From assembly GCF_018350175.1 (NCBI RefSeq), contig NC_058368.1, positions 98,272,001 through 98,336,000 on the forward strand: a stretch of 64,000 bases of DNA, written 5' to 3'. Each line of letters starts with the position of its first letter. Positions within the stretch are counted from its first letter, which is position 1. Source of the stretch: Felis catus. Its lineage: Eukaryota. Shown piece by piece: positions 1 through 12,680 of this stretch. A program made the translations under genes and the position numbers. The notes under the pieces were generated by a model, which did not search any database, was not told the origin of the DNA, and worked only from the letters and a program-made list of their open reading frames with translations.

Positions 1-319
1 GAGCCCAAACTGTCACGTTGTCACTGAAAAACAAATTGCCAATGGAGAGTACGGGCAAGTCTTCATTATGTGACTCAGAGAAGGAAGGCAGGTAACACCA
101 CCTGTTAGCTCTTTACTTTGAAAAAGTAAGGCAGGATGTAAGGTGGCTTGAAAGAATGAAATTAAATCTTGTTAGTGCTAGCTCTCATTGTCCCATGCCC
201 AGAAATTATCAATGGTGTCCTGAGGCTAGAGTCCTACTCTCCAGTCTATTTCCCTTGCAGTATACCCTCCACAGGGATGCTGGGCAAGAAAGAAGGGAAG
301 AACTGATTAGGAGCAAGTA

Positions 320-600
320 GTTTTAGATCCACCTTCAAAATACATCTTGAATGAGACCACTTCTGACCATTTCAAACATTTCTAGGTCAAGTCAACATTA
401 CCTTTCGTCTGGATGGCTGTGATAGACTCTTACTTATCTTCATTCCATTCTTGTCCCTCTTCATTAAACAAACAAACAAACAAACAAATAAATAAATAAA
501 TAAACATACTATGGCCAGAATGTTGTATTTGAAGAAAATCGGATGCTATGACTCCCATTGCTTTTCAAGACCCGCATGATCTGTTCCCCTGGCCACCCGT
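320..600 (+). mobile_element. L2 (LINE-2) fragment, old
   Basis: ccaccttcaaaatacatcttgaatgagaccacttctgacc...cattacctttcgtctggatggctgtgatagac resembles the L2a 3' region; interrupted by an (AAAC/AAAT)n tract. Confidence 0.6.
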
Positions 601-645
601 TGACCTCATTCTTTATCTTCTTATCCACATTCTATTCCAACTTCC

Positions 646-647
<2 letters not shown>

Positions 648-708
<61 letters not shown>

Positions 709-897
709 GTTTTTGAGAGATGGAGAGCTAGTGCATGAGTCTGCAAGTGGGGCAGGGGCAGAGGGAGAGAGAAAATCCCAAACAGGCTCCATGCTCAGTG
801 CAGAGGCCAGTGCACGCCTCCATCACTCGACCTTGAGATCGTGACCTGAAGCAAAATCAAGAGTTGGACATGTAACCAACTGAGCCACCCAGCTGCC
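648..897 (-). mobile_element. Can-SINE (SINEC) with (TTTC)n-expanded tail
   Basis: Reverse-strand tRNA-like head (aaccaactgagccacccagctgcc) and AG-rich tract; TSD attccaacttc at 634-644 and 903-913; tail converted to (TTTC)n at 648-707. Confidence 0.9.
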
Positions 898-2109
898 TGT
901 CCATTCCAACTTCTTTAAAATTTCATGAAGAGTATACTTTTTTGATCACTTTCATGCTTTGCTTATTTTGTTTCCTTTACCTGAAATTTTCTTTTTTTGT
1001 CTTAGGCTTCATCAAAAGGAGAATCTGGACACAATTCACAGGTCTTTTGACACTTGTGTTTGAGTTCCTATTTTCCAAGACATTGTAACTTGATGATTTC
1101 CATGGGAAAACATACTGAATTACATACACTGAAACTAAAAGTCTCCACCCACAACAGACTTTTAACTTTGCATTTTTGGTACAGGAAGTGGCAAAGAGCA
1201 GATGACATTAGACCAGAGAGTCTTGGGTTCCCAGACTCTAAATCACATCCATTTGGCTGGAAGAAGACAGACCCTACTGGCTGCTCTTATGGATATGTTA
1301 TGATCCTTGCTGATTATCACTTGGGATAGAATATGTACCCTGGTCACTTATCCCTCCCAATAAAGGAGGAAACAATCACTTTTACTAGTATTAAGTATTA
1401 ATTATCCCCTCAAAATACTTGGATTTTGGTTTTCAGGGTGTTTCAAAAGTAATCACCTTTCCCAGCCAATCACCAGGGAAAGTATCACAGAATTTCTTGC
1501 CAGGGGCAAAATTGCTCTTGAAAAGAGATTTCCTAGTTTTAACTCAAAAATGTCCTTTTCTTATCTAAGTGGCAAATACTTAATCCTCCTTCATCTGACA
1601 TGTGTCTCCCTCTCTGAGAGACTTCCCGTCCTTTCCTCAGGCAGAGATTACTGTGTTTTCACAAAGTGTAGTTCATGCCTCTTTATATCTCTTAACATTT
1701 TGAGCGTAATTTCTAATTCTGTATTTGCTCTCATTCATGGATTCGAACTCCCTGAAGGTAGATAGGTAGTCTTGAGGCAATTCCCTAGTATATACTAGGT
1801 GGTCAGACTATATTTGCTAAATGAACAGGTCACCATAGCAGGATTAAAATGGTATGTGAGGGAAGGGATCACAACATAAAACAGAAGATCAGGGGACTTT
1901 GGGATTTGGTGAATCTGGCAACTGAAGTTTTTATGTTAATGATATTAATATTTTCTATAGTTGTAGCTTTGTCTTTCATGTAGTATAAATAAGTTTATTC
2001 TTAAATAATCCCAATAGGCAGGTATTCTAGATATTTTACAAATGAAGCAAACACCATCATAAATACTTTACAGAAGTTCAAACAGAGCCAACATTTAATT
2101 CCAAGCTGG

Positions 2110-2720
2110 AAGGCAGCATGACCAAGCAGAAAGGTAGCGAGTGTCAGAGTTAGAAAGACCTGGACTTTGAGCAGCTGTGTGAACTCGTAAAGTTAAATAA
2201 ATTCTCTGAGATTGAAGATACTTTTATTTGTAAAATTCAGAAATACAAGAAAAATCCCTAGGGACATTATTGGCTTCTATTAGGAACTTGCAAATGTTGT
2301 TTTTATTCTGTTTTTATTTCTATTGTAAGACTGATATGGGAGATGTTGTAGTCTTTGGTAACTTTCTGAGCTGTTTTATTTCCCTTTTCCTCACTGTTAA
2401 ATACTTTGCTCCTACTGCCATTTGCCAAGGGATCTTCTATTGCTTCAAATCCGTTATGGATGCATGAAAAGGAATTCTATAAACTCCTTTTTATTAAGGT
2501 GTTAGTATACAATACAAGTAATAATATAAGAGCTTCAGTTTACTGAGGACTGCATATACCTTGTAGTTAAACTTACTGCCTACATTTGCACCCAATTTGC
2601 AAGTTGGGGATTATAATCTCCAGTTTTTGGAAAACAGATCTGCACTCAAAAGTTGAATAACTTGTCTGAAGCTGTGCATCTAGGAAGCAAAGCAGCTGGG
2701 ACTCAAACACAACCAGAACT
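2110..2720. mobile_element. Two degenerate MIR fragments (~2110-2260 +, ~2520-2720 -)
   Basis: MIR-core-like motifs gagttagaaagacctgg...gcagctgtgtgaac and gttgaataacttgtctgaagctgtgcatctaggaagcaaagcagctgggactcaaac. Confidence 0.55.
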
Positions 2721-5700
2721 AACTTCAATGTCAGGCATTCTCTGTGACACAAAGTTTTCTCTTGCTCAAGAGGAACTGATCAGCTGGCCTCTTGGATCAG
2801 ATGGGAATATTCTTGGCTAGGGAAAATCTTGGAGTACATTCTCAAATCTTATTATGTAGGCAATGGGTCAAGTCTCTGGCACTCCATGAACCCTAGACCC
2901 TGTTATATAAGATAGGGACCCCGTTTTTCCTAGGCTTTGTCCTCAGAAGTGCTTCAGAGAGATAAGCTGCTATGGACATCTGTCAGGCTGGTGTTGAGTA
3001 GAGTTGAGTGCGGCTTTTCTGAGGTTGGGTAGGGGTATTCTTGGGGCTTAACAGAAGGAAGAAAACAGAGGTCATAGAGAAGAATCTTAACCCTGGCTAA
3101 AAGGAAGACAGTACAAATTCAAGTCAAGCAGACAAAGTATCTCAATGTTGAGTTTAGTGGAATGAGAAAGGGCTCCTGAGGGTTAGGCTATGCTCTGGTG
3201 AGGGAGGACTAGGTCGGGAGTAGATGGTTCTGAGGTCATGTGGTAAAGTGCAGAGAAAAGAGGAGACTGTACCAACATAAATGGCTCCCTGAATCTGTAT
3301 TTTGGGCTTGTTAGTAGGAAATGATGGGTGTGTAACAGGATAATATTTAATATGAAAATCCTAATGAGCTTTCTTAATCAACAATATGCAAGAGAATATT
3401 GACCATAAAAATTCTAACTAGCTTAGTTCTGGACATACTGTAGCAGTTTTGATTTTAGGGTTTATATGTTGGTCTTGGGCAAGAAGAGGGGCCACCATAG
3501 AAGATCTGGTAGCAGCAAAATTGTCTATTTGAAAAAGTGGTTCTGCATCCAACATTGTTTTCTCTCTACTTGAGTCATGAAAATTTCTATACAATAGGAA
3601 AAATTACTTAAAAAAATACACACTTTGCATTTACAGAATTATGCGGAATGTTGCAAGAGTTAACAACTGAAGAGAATCAGTCGTGATAACCTATTTTTCC
3701 ATGATGAATAAAAGTGATACCTTTAAGGACTGTTACTAAAGACGTGTTTTGTTGTTGTTTTCACCTGAGGATCTCCTATAGGATTCTTAAACTAAAGAAT
3801 GTCTTGAATGCCAGGTAGACTGGTTTTAGTAAATGTCTTTGCTGTATTTTGCCATTTAGACTTCCAGGTTGTTCGTGATTTTCTTTTGTATTACAGGAAA
3901 GAGGACGCTTTAAACCTTTTTATTTTAATGTTAAGTAATACCATTAATTAGGTGGTAGTTACATACCTTTCTTCCACATCAACTTAAGCCTAATGTAAGT
4001 GGGAGATAATGATAGGATTTTTTTGTTTTGTTTTGTTTTTAGTGGAATACTTCTGGATTTTGGTTTCCTTAGAACACATTAATGTTTCAGTCAACTTCAC
4101 ACTTGGGTCTTCAATGGCTGTACCTTGATGGACAGCCATTAAAGACCCTTGACAGAACAGAATGGGGTCAGAGAAACATGCCAAAAGGATACAGAGATGT
4201 GATCGGGCCTACCAAGTGTCACCAGACTTTGTACAGGAAGTGGAGAGCTGATTAATGGTCACTGAAATAATAGCCTTAAATTAAGGAGATGGCACTTTTA
4301 GAAACTGATAAAATGTGTTTTGAAAAGTATTCTGCTTTTCTTTGGAAGTGAGACACCTGTCAGGAGAATTGATAACTTGCTTTTATACTAATTTGCTACC
4401 CCACAGTCAAAATAAAGCTGACATCTATTTTATGTTAGGTAATGGGGGATGATCTAATATTTGAACAAAGAAACTCGAGTTGAATAATGTATGATGACCA
4501 TAAATGTGTCACTGGGTGTAGGTTGACAAAAGAACTCAGTTTTGTTTGCACATTGAGAAGATGAACTGGAATCATCTGCTGTAAGAAATACTGCAAATCC
4601 TACTTAAATCAAACTAATGCAATGAGAAAAGAATACCATTAATTTAATTTATGTTCTGGTTTGAAGCTTAGATTGCATATTGAACCTGGAGAACTTTTTT
4701 AAGGTTCATTGATAGTGATGGAATTTAACTCAATTGCTATTGGAAATTTCATCTAATAAATTAAACTGAACTGATTAAATTTAGATCATTTTTTCCCCTT
4801 GTCCCAGTTTCATTTCTTCGTTTAAACTATTGATCACTGCCCTGTGTCTTTCTAGCATGTTTTTCTGACCTCATTCTGTCCTGACAAGGGTCTTCAAAGG
4901 CTGCCCAGCAGGGTATCGCCATTGAAGAGGCAAGTATAAAGTTGATTGAAACTGTACAATGAACTAAAAGATAAAAGGCAATGGCTTAGAATACTGGTGT
5001 AAACCAGAAAGCAAATCCAACTTTTGCACTACAGGGGAATTTAGTTAGATTAAAGGTATTCTTAGATGTAAGCAGATAATTCTCCTCTTTGCTTTGTTCT
5101 AATCCACATGTACAGAGTCTTAGTTTTGATTGATTCCTGAGCCTGCCATAACCTCAGGAGCGCTCCTTAGTCCTGTTAGGAATCAGTTTGAACCTTCAAC
5201 AAAAACACAGTATTTTTGGAAATGAGAAAAGCAGTCAATATCCAAAATCCAGAAATAAATTTCTGAATCTAGAAATGTGAAACTGTTCTCTGTTAAGACA
5301 GAATTTTAACTTTGAAATTTCACTCAGCTATTTTGATTTGGAATTTACCAACCTGCATTCCCAAAAGAAAAAGGGTTAGTATATGTGAACACAGTATAGT
5401 TTTACAAAATCTGAAACGTTTTCTCTCCCAATTTTCTAACTTGGTTCCTGGTCACTTTCCATCCAGTGAAATGTTTTCTGTTACTTCATATGATGTAAAT
5501 ATAAAGTACTGCACTCCCCTGTATTTTTAGTTAGGCAACATTAGCTTGAAATTTTATCTCTGATTTTAGATGAAAGAATTACTTAGAAAAAGAGAGACAT
5601 GCATGTGAAAGCCAGCATCTAAAAATAGTTTCTAAATATGAAGCAAAGAAAGAACAGTAGTCTTCCTTATAATTAGAGATGTGCCAGAATGTTGATGTGG

Positions 5701-5856
5701 AGGCATAAGACTCCATTATGGAAAGAAGAGAAAAATGGGGGGGGGGGGGCGGGAAGCTACTGAGAAAGAAGAGTTTTAAATTTTTATTTATGAGGATATT
5801 AAACAAATACTACCAAGTAGATTTTTTATTTCTACCTTATTCAAAAGATGCTGATT

Positions 5857-5861
<5 letters not shown>

Positions 5862-5893
<32 letters not shown>
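5862..5893 (+). repeat. (AC)n microsatellite
   Basis: Perfect dinucleotide tract. Confidence 0.97.
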
Positions 5894-5896
<3 letters not shown>

Positions 5897-6446
5897 TGTA
5901 CGTACACAGAGTAAGACAGAGAGGAAGACAAAATTGTATTTATAAGTAAGACGTATATATTTCCTAGCAAACTCTGGAACGTTAAACATGCAGGTACCAT
6001 GGTATATAATTGTCAGCCAAACCAAACAAAAAGAATCATCATCAAATTCTATGACTGACATTTGTAGTTTTATTCAGTTAAACACATGTGTGTTAGAGAT
6101 ATAGTCTATAAAATTACTGCAATAATTTTATATGGTACAGAATACCAGATATATATTTATACCTAAATCCTCTTTTCTCCCAGAGTGTTGTAAGTGATTA
6201 TAAGGGATTGACTTCCAGCATTCTGAGATGTGCAATTTTGTAAAATCTGGAAATTCACTACAAAATCTATACAATCTGTAACTTAAAAAAAACAACAACA
6301 AAGTGCTTAAAATGCAAAACGCAACAAAATATACATACTGAAAAATTTTCCAGCTTACAGACATAAAAAATTTAGGAGCTTTGCTAACCACATTTTTGAA
6401 AATGGAAACAAAAATTAGGTTTATCATTAAAAATAGAATGTCTCCT

Positions 6447-6663
6447 GGGGCGCCTGGGTAGCTCAATTGGTTAAGCGACCAACTTTGGCTCAGGTCATGA
6501 TCTCACAGTTTGTGAGCTCGAACCCCGCATCAGGCTGTGTGCTGACAGCTCAGAGCCTGGAGCCTGCTTCAGATTCTATGCCTCCCCCTCACTCTACCCC
6601 TCCCCTGCTCACGCTCTGTGTCTCTCTGTCTCTCAATAATAAACGTTAAAAAAATTTTTTTTT
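6447..6663 (+). mobile_element. SINEC_Fc-type SINE
   Basis: ggggcgcctgggtagctcaattggttaag head, CT tract and A-rich tail; perfect 16-bp TSD aaatagaatgtctcct at 6431-6446 and 6664-6679. Confidence 0.96.
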
Positions 6664-7645
6664 AAATAGAATGTCTCCTAATTCTGCAAAAACATAGATG
6701 ATTAAGAGTATATATACTTCTCTCTACTTTTGTGGTGTTACATTTAAAATAAAAGCGGGGAAATAGTGAGTTGAGACAAGAACCTAGTCTGTAGATTGTT
6801 TTTTTTCTCTTTGGAAAGCAGAAGGCTGAAAAAATAATTTGATAATTTGAATATATTTAGATGATAACTGCATCTCCAAATAATTGTTGTTTCCTAGAAT
6901 CTTACACAATTCCTCATACTTGTAAGTCACATGCTGGTCCCAAATGTCAATTTAGTTGAGAACCTCAATAAATAGTAGAAATGTCAGAGTCAGTGGTTAG
7001 AAGCTCTTCAGAAAGAGTTTTGTGGGAGTCGTAGTTCTAGGTGAATCCAGTCTTTGGTTCCCAAATTTACTCAGCTTTATTGGTGAACGCCAACTTGATC
7101 AAGCTTTTGGGACAAACATGAACTTGGTAGAAATAATTCTTAAACCAGGATATAGTCTGTTACCTTCCAGTGGGGGTACATATTTATTAATCAAACAATT
7201 GGTGTCAGTAATTCAAGATACCCTGTTTGTCGTATTAAGATATTGAGGAAATGAAATCATTATGCATGAATTTCTTGAGTGAACAATGATTTATCCCAAG
7301 AGAATTGGATAGTTATTAAATCTATTTAGCAAATTGTAAAAAGGGCAGATTGCCCACAAAGGTCCACCCCTCTGTTGACTAACGGACCAAGAGCTGTTGA
7401 ATATAGAGTCTGTTTCTCTAACAGTTCAATAAGCTGAAACAAAATTTTACTATCAGTTTACTTTTCTAGGTACATGCCAAAGACCTCTTAGGCAAACATG
7501 TTGGAACAAGAATGGGTAGCCTTATAAATGATTAAGTTAACAGATTTCTTTGGTGGTAACCAAGTCTTACTTAGGTAGAATTATTTCTGTATATGGCTAA
7601 GGTTGTCTATCCTGTTTTGATCATTAATAATTTTGCCTTTTTAAA

Positions 7646-7871
7646 TTTTATTTAAAAAAATTTTTAATGTTTATTTTTGAGAGAGAGACAGAGACAGAGA
7701 CAGAGTGCAAGTAGGGGAGGGGCAGAGAGAGAGGGAAACACAGAATCTGAAACAGGCTTCAGGCTCTGAGCTGTCAGCACAGAGCCTGACATCGTGCTCA
7801 AACTCATGAACTGTGAGATCGTGACTTGAGCCGAAGTCGGACACTTAAAACATTGAGCCACCCATGCTCCC
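7646..7871 (-). mobile_element. SINEC_Fc-type SINE
   Basis: Reverse-strand SINE body (cagaatctgaaacaggcttcaggctctgagctgtcagcacagagcc); flanked by ttttgccttttt / ttttacctttttt. Confidence 0.93.
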
Positions 7872-7886
7872 TTTTACCTTTTTAAA

Positions 7887-8103
7887 AATACATATATTTT
7901 TAAGTTTATTTTGAGAGAGAGAGAGAGAGAGAGAGAGGGCGTACCCATGAGCAGGGGAGGAATAGAAAGGCTGGTGGGAGAGAATCCCAAGCAGGCTTCG
8001 TTTTGTCAGTGCAGAGCCCAAAATGAGGCTTGAACTGTGAGATCATGACCTGAGCGGAAATCAGGAGTTGGGTGTTCAACTGACTGAGCCACCCAGACAC
8101 CTC
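7887..8103 (-). mobile_element. Can-SINE (older subfamily)
   Basis: gagagaatcccaagcaggcttc...ctgagccacccagacacc; directly adjacent to the previous SINE. Confidence 0.92.
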
Positions 8104-8291
8104 TGATTTTGCCTTTAATAGCTCTAAAACAGACATAACATTAGTATTAATGAAAAGATGATAATAATGAAAGATACATAAATTTAACCACTTTACAATG
8201 GAAACTTCTTACACTTAAGCTCACCCTAAAAAAGATAAACCATATAGGTGAAGATAGGTAACAAAAGATTTGTATCAAGAGTGTGTATTGA

Positions 8292-8474
8292 GGGGAGCCT
8301 GGATGGTTCAGTCGGTTAAGAGTCTGCCTTTTCGCTTAGGTCATCATCTCATGGTTTGTGCCCCGCATTGGGTCTCTGCTTTCCCCATGGTGCCTGGTTC
8401 AGATCCTCTGTCCTGTTCTCTATCTGCCCCTCCCCTACTTGTAAGGAGAGTGAGTAAATAAGTCAGTAAATACA

Positions 8475-8509
<35 letters not shown>

Positions 8510-8539
8510 AATAAAATTAAATTAAATTAAATAAACCTT
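8292..8539 (+). mobile_element. Can-SINE with (AAAT)n tail
   Basis: ggggagcctggatggttcagtcggttaag head; TSD aagagt[g/a]tgtatt at 8277-8289 and 8540-8552. Confidence 0.9.
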
Positions 8540-9325
8540 AAGAGTATGTATTTTAAACACGTTTCTGTAGAACAACAAGAGATAAATGAGCAGCTCAACA
8601 CAAAATGGGTTTGGCATTTAAAAAAAGAAGAAACAAAAATTGCCAAGGCAAGTAGGAAAACACAATCAACCTCTACCTTAACTACAAATTGATAATATTT
8701 TACTCTAAACAGACTGGATAAAATAAGTTGTAGTGTATGTTTGGAACAATAACATGTATCAATGATGGGAGAGTGGATTGCTAGAAGCCTTGTGGAAAAC
8801 AGTTCGGTATTATCTTAGGAATCCAGGGATGGACACATATTTACCTCCCCGAATTCTTTTTCTAGGTTTACACCCTGAGCAGTGATTTTTAAAGCCTAGG
8901 TCACTGCCACTTTGTAGGGGATTTTAAAGTTAATTCAGCAACCAAATATAAACATGTTAAAATGAAATATGATAGTGTCTGATACAGTACAATGCAATAA
9001 ATTAAAGGATATTGTCACGTAGAAATAGGGTAAATATTGTTTCGAGAAATACTTGCTTGTGTTATATGTGTGCACACATGCATGTGTCTGTGTGAACATA
9101 TACTTGTACTGGGCTGCCATACAGTGGGTCTCCATTTAAAAATAAAAGCCACCATCCTAGAGGAAATTTTTCATTGTTCCCTAAGGTGCATGTGCAGGAA
9201 TATTTCAAAAAGTATTGTTTCTGAAGAAGAAAACTGGAAACATCTCAAATGCCTCCTGGCAGGCAAATGATTAAGTGGTGGTCTCTTGATGCAGTAGACC
9301 ACTCAACAGAAAGAAAATGAACTGA

Positions 9326-9542
9326 GAGGGTGACTGAGTGGCTCATTTAATTAAGTGTGGGAGTCCGTTTCAGCTCGGATCATGGTTTCATGGTGGTTCG
9401 TGAGTTCGAGCCCTGCATTGGGCTCTGCACTGACAGCCTTGAGCCAGCTTGGGATTCTCTCTCTCTCTTCCTCTCTCTCTGACCCTCCCCAGCTCGTGCT
9501 CTCTGTCTTTCTCTCAAAATAAATAAATAAACTTAAAAGAAA
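9326..9542 (+). mobile_element. Can-SINE
   Basis: SINE body (gtgagttcgagccctgcattgggctctgcactgacag); TSD aaagaaaatgaactga at 9310-9325 and 9543-9558. Confidence 0.93.
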
Positions 9543-10309
9543 AAAGAAAATGAACTGAAGCGTTGCACATCAGAATTAGTCATCTCAAACACATGTTGAG
9601 AAAAAAGAAAAGAGCAAGCTGTAGAAGACATTAAGGCAGTAATTTTGTAAAACAATACATAAAACGAAACAACATTATGTAGGCTACATCCACTGTACTT
9701 AGACCATGAAGAAAAGAAAGTGGTAAGCACAAGGTTTAGAAGAATGAGGACCGCAGGGTGGTGGGAAAGTGAAAGCACATGGTTGGGGAGAAACATCATC
9801 TTCACGTGTATTGGGAATCTATTAAGTAGACTTGTGGATTTGTGTGCATCTTCATTTTATTGTTCTTTATACGTTGAAGACCTATTGTTTGTATGCATTA
9901 AATGTTTAATAAAATCGACTTCAAAAACAGTTTCCACTCCATCGTGTTGTAGTGTATTCCAGTGGCTCTTACAGGCTGATTGTAATGGACTCAAGAGTTT
10001 TTCCTAAACATCTGTTCTGTTGGTACATTTTTAGTGTCAGTTCTGTACGGTCAGGGAAACTGAGGACTTCTTCCTAATTTACTCACGCCCACTCATGACC
10101 TGTATTACATGAACCTCTCTTGAATGATTACTAAATACAAGTTGATGACTGGATATTGCTGTAATGGTTGTCATCCCTACAACCTGAATTCTAGCATAGG
10201 CCCTTAGCCTCTTTCACCTGTGCTGTTGAAAAGGAATATTAATTGCTCCATTCTCTTATTTTTCTTTCCATCTTGTATGTATTTTATTTATTGTCGACAG
10301 TAATTATTT

Positions 10310-10509
10310 ACTTTTTAACTGTTTATTTTTGAGAAAGAGTGTGTGCATGCGTGCAAGTGGGGAAGAGGCAGATGAGAGGGGGAGAGTGGATCCGAAGTGA
10401 GCTTTGCGCCGACAGCAGGGACCCTGATGTGAGGCTGGAACTCTTGAACATTGAGATCATGAACTGATCCAAAGTCAGACGTTTAACTGACTGAGCCACC
10501 CAGGAGCAC
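10310..10509 (-). mobile_element. Can-SINE
   Basis: Reverse SINE head ctgagccacccaggagcacc; TSD cgacagtaattattt at 10295-10309 and 10510-10524. Confidence 0.93.
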
Positions 10510-11565
10510 CGACAGTAATTATTTTAAAATGCAGGCATCTTTGTGGCACTCCCTGTTGCCCATGCTGTAGGTAGACTTCTTCTTAACATGGGGTTTGACC
10601 TGTGACTTAGGGTAACCTTGAATATAGTCTTGATCTCTCTCTCTCTACCCTGATTTTTCCACCTTGTCCTTTCACGCATCTTTCTCATCTAGCACTTGAG
10701 GCTCCAATACAGTAGTTCTTGAACTTTGGTATGTGTTACTATCACCTGAGGACTTAATAAAATGCCTCTTTTACATGGACAGCCTTGGTCTTTCACATGC
10801 TTTTTTAATTCTCCAAAAGATTCTGTTATATCAAAGACTGAGAATTTTTGTTCTCATGCTAATGATAGCTTCTTGCCTTTCTAAAGAAGCTGCCCCATCT
10901 CTCACTGTAAAATGACTTTTCAGGCTTCATTACTTTTTGTTCTGTGTGTGTGTTTTCTTTTCCTGGAGCATTCTCATGCACTTTCCCTACCTTTATTTAC
11001 TAGCTACCTAGTTCTGCTTGCTTCCATTCAGCTCCGCTAAAATTACTTCTGTAATTATGACCCCCAAACCCTACAAGGTCTTTCTCAGCACTTCCTGTGC
11101 ATTCCTCTGAGACAGCAATATTGTAAACTAAAATGTCATGTATGTCTCCTTATAAACCTCATAAACCCAGAAGCTAACATGGTACCCCAAATGAGGTAGG
11201 CACTCTTTAAGTATTTTGAGCATGATCAGACTGAAAAATATGACATGATATTGTATAAATATTATTTTATTTTTAGTAGAGTGATAAACCTTTATAAACC
11301 AGTGTGGTAGGTACAATAGTAGGTGCATGGACACAGTACCAAGGAACAGCCTCGTGAAAGAGACAAAAGGAAGGGTGACATACATGTTGTGACAAATCCA
11401 TTTTACTCCCTTCCATGATGAGTGAAATTGATCAGTCACATTGACTGAACCGTCTGATTACTTAAGTTAATTTGATAAAAATCACTGAACAAGTTACCGC
11501 TGTAGTCTCTGGGTCTTCTCTGATTCATTAGAGAGAACATATTGATCTTGTCCAACTACAAAGAA

Positions 11566-12295
11566 TGTGGGGAATAAGCTTAGGAATTCCCTGAGCCTGC
11601 ATGGATGGGTTAACAAGGCATAAAGAATTAGAAAGCCACAGGATGAACACACCCAAGTTTGGGTAAACAAGATTAGGTAAATAAGGCAAAGACCCCCAGT
11701 ATAGGACAAAGGTATGAGAATAGAAAATCTCAGGACGAAAACATCCAAGATTAGGTAAATAAGATTAGGTATTCAGGGTGGAAAGGCCCCTGAACTTTGT
11801 ACAATAGCAGAAAGCTGCTTTCACAGGGAGGGGGGTCAAAAACAGGAAAACAGGACTTTAGACTGCAGCAGGGAGAAGTTGCCCTGAGTTGAGCTAATTA
11901 GCAAAAGAAAGGTGTCTTTTTGACTCTGAGGTTAGCTTGCTCTGTCTTTCTTGTCCCCTAGACCCGGTGAGGTAAACAGAGGTGGCACCTCATACCTGCT
12001 GTAATCAACTATCTGCCAGGTGCCAGGATTTTGTTTTGTATTGACCCAAACCCCTAATATACCATGTATCTTCAAAACCCCTTTTCCCCCACACCCATGA
12101 GTTAATGTTCATGGTTTCATTGTCTCTCTGTGCATGTCCATCATGCTTGTAAGCCTTCTGATCCTAATAAAAAAGAAGCAAGGACCCTTCCTTGGGGCTC
12201 TTATCTTCTCCTGGACATTAGCCTCTCTCGCATTTAAATCCTGCATCTGCTGTCTTGTTGGACAAGAGAGAACTCCAGACCCAGAGTCTATGACA
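11566..12295 (+). mobile_element. ERV solo LTR, probably ERV2/ERVK (beta-like) class
   Basis: Begins TGTGGGG and ends ...TGACA; perfect 6-bp TSD aaagaa (11560-11565, 12296-12301); AATAAA at 12166-12171; U3 direct repeats; no internal gag/pol. Confidence 0.85.
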
Positions 12296-12569
12296 AAAGA
12301 ATATAGCATGTTAATTTTTAACCCTATTAAATCTAAAAATCTAAGAGCCTCCAAAACTGAATCTCCAAGGTTTTCAAAAGAGATAGTTAGCATTGTTAGT
12401 AAGCAGCCCCACTTTAAAATGTGAAGAAAAAAAAAAGTCACATTAGCTGAGGGGTCCTTTATACTTAGATTTGAGCTGCATGGGATCATTCCGTTAGGAC
12501 AGAATTTTTGTCCTGCAAGTGTTTTAGGGCAGTTTTTCAGTGGGAAAAATGTTGATCTTCAATAGAGGG

Positions 12570-12680
12570 AGTTGGGAGCTAGTCTGAACTTTCCTTCTGG
12601 TCATTTACGGAACTTTGGGCAAGGTACTTAACTTCTCTGTGCCTCAATGTTTTTTTCTCTTCTGTAAATTGAGGAGGTGG
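12570..12680 (+). mobile_element. MIR fragment
   Basis: ctttgggcaaggtacttaacttctctgtgcctcaatg...tctgtaaattgagg matches the MIR core. Confidence 0.75.

Larger units (their letters stand above)
8120..9930 (+). mobile_element. Old L1M (L1ME-like) 3' fragments, interrupted by two SINEs
   Basis: A-rich degenerate L1 3'-end motifs (agccttgtggaaaacagttcgg, gaaaaactggaaacatctcaaatgcc, aaacacatgttgagaaaaaagaaaagagc). Confidence 0.55.

Noticed and set aside
4113..4140. Hairpin aatggctgt-N10-acagccatt
   Set aside because: A 9-bp stem is expected by chance in 64 kb and is too short for a pre-miRNA; no supporting context.
12109..12489. Overlapping 126-aa and 96-aa ORFs at the LTR 3' end
   Set aside because: They cross the LTR/flank boundary, have no retroviral protein motifs, and there is no PBS or internal sequence after the LTR.
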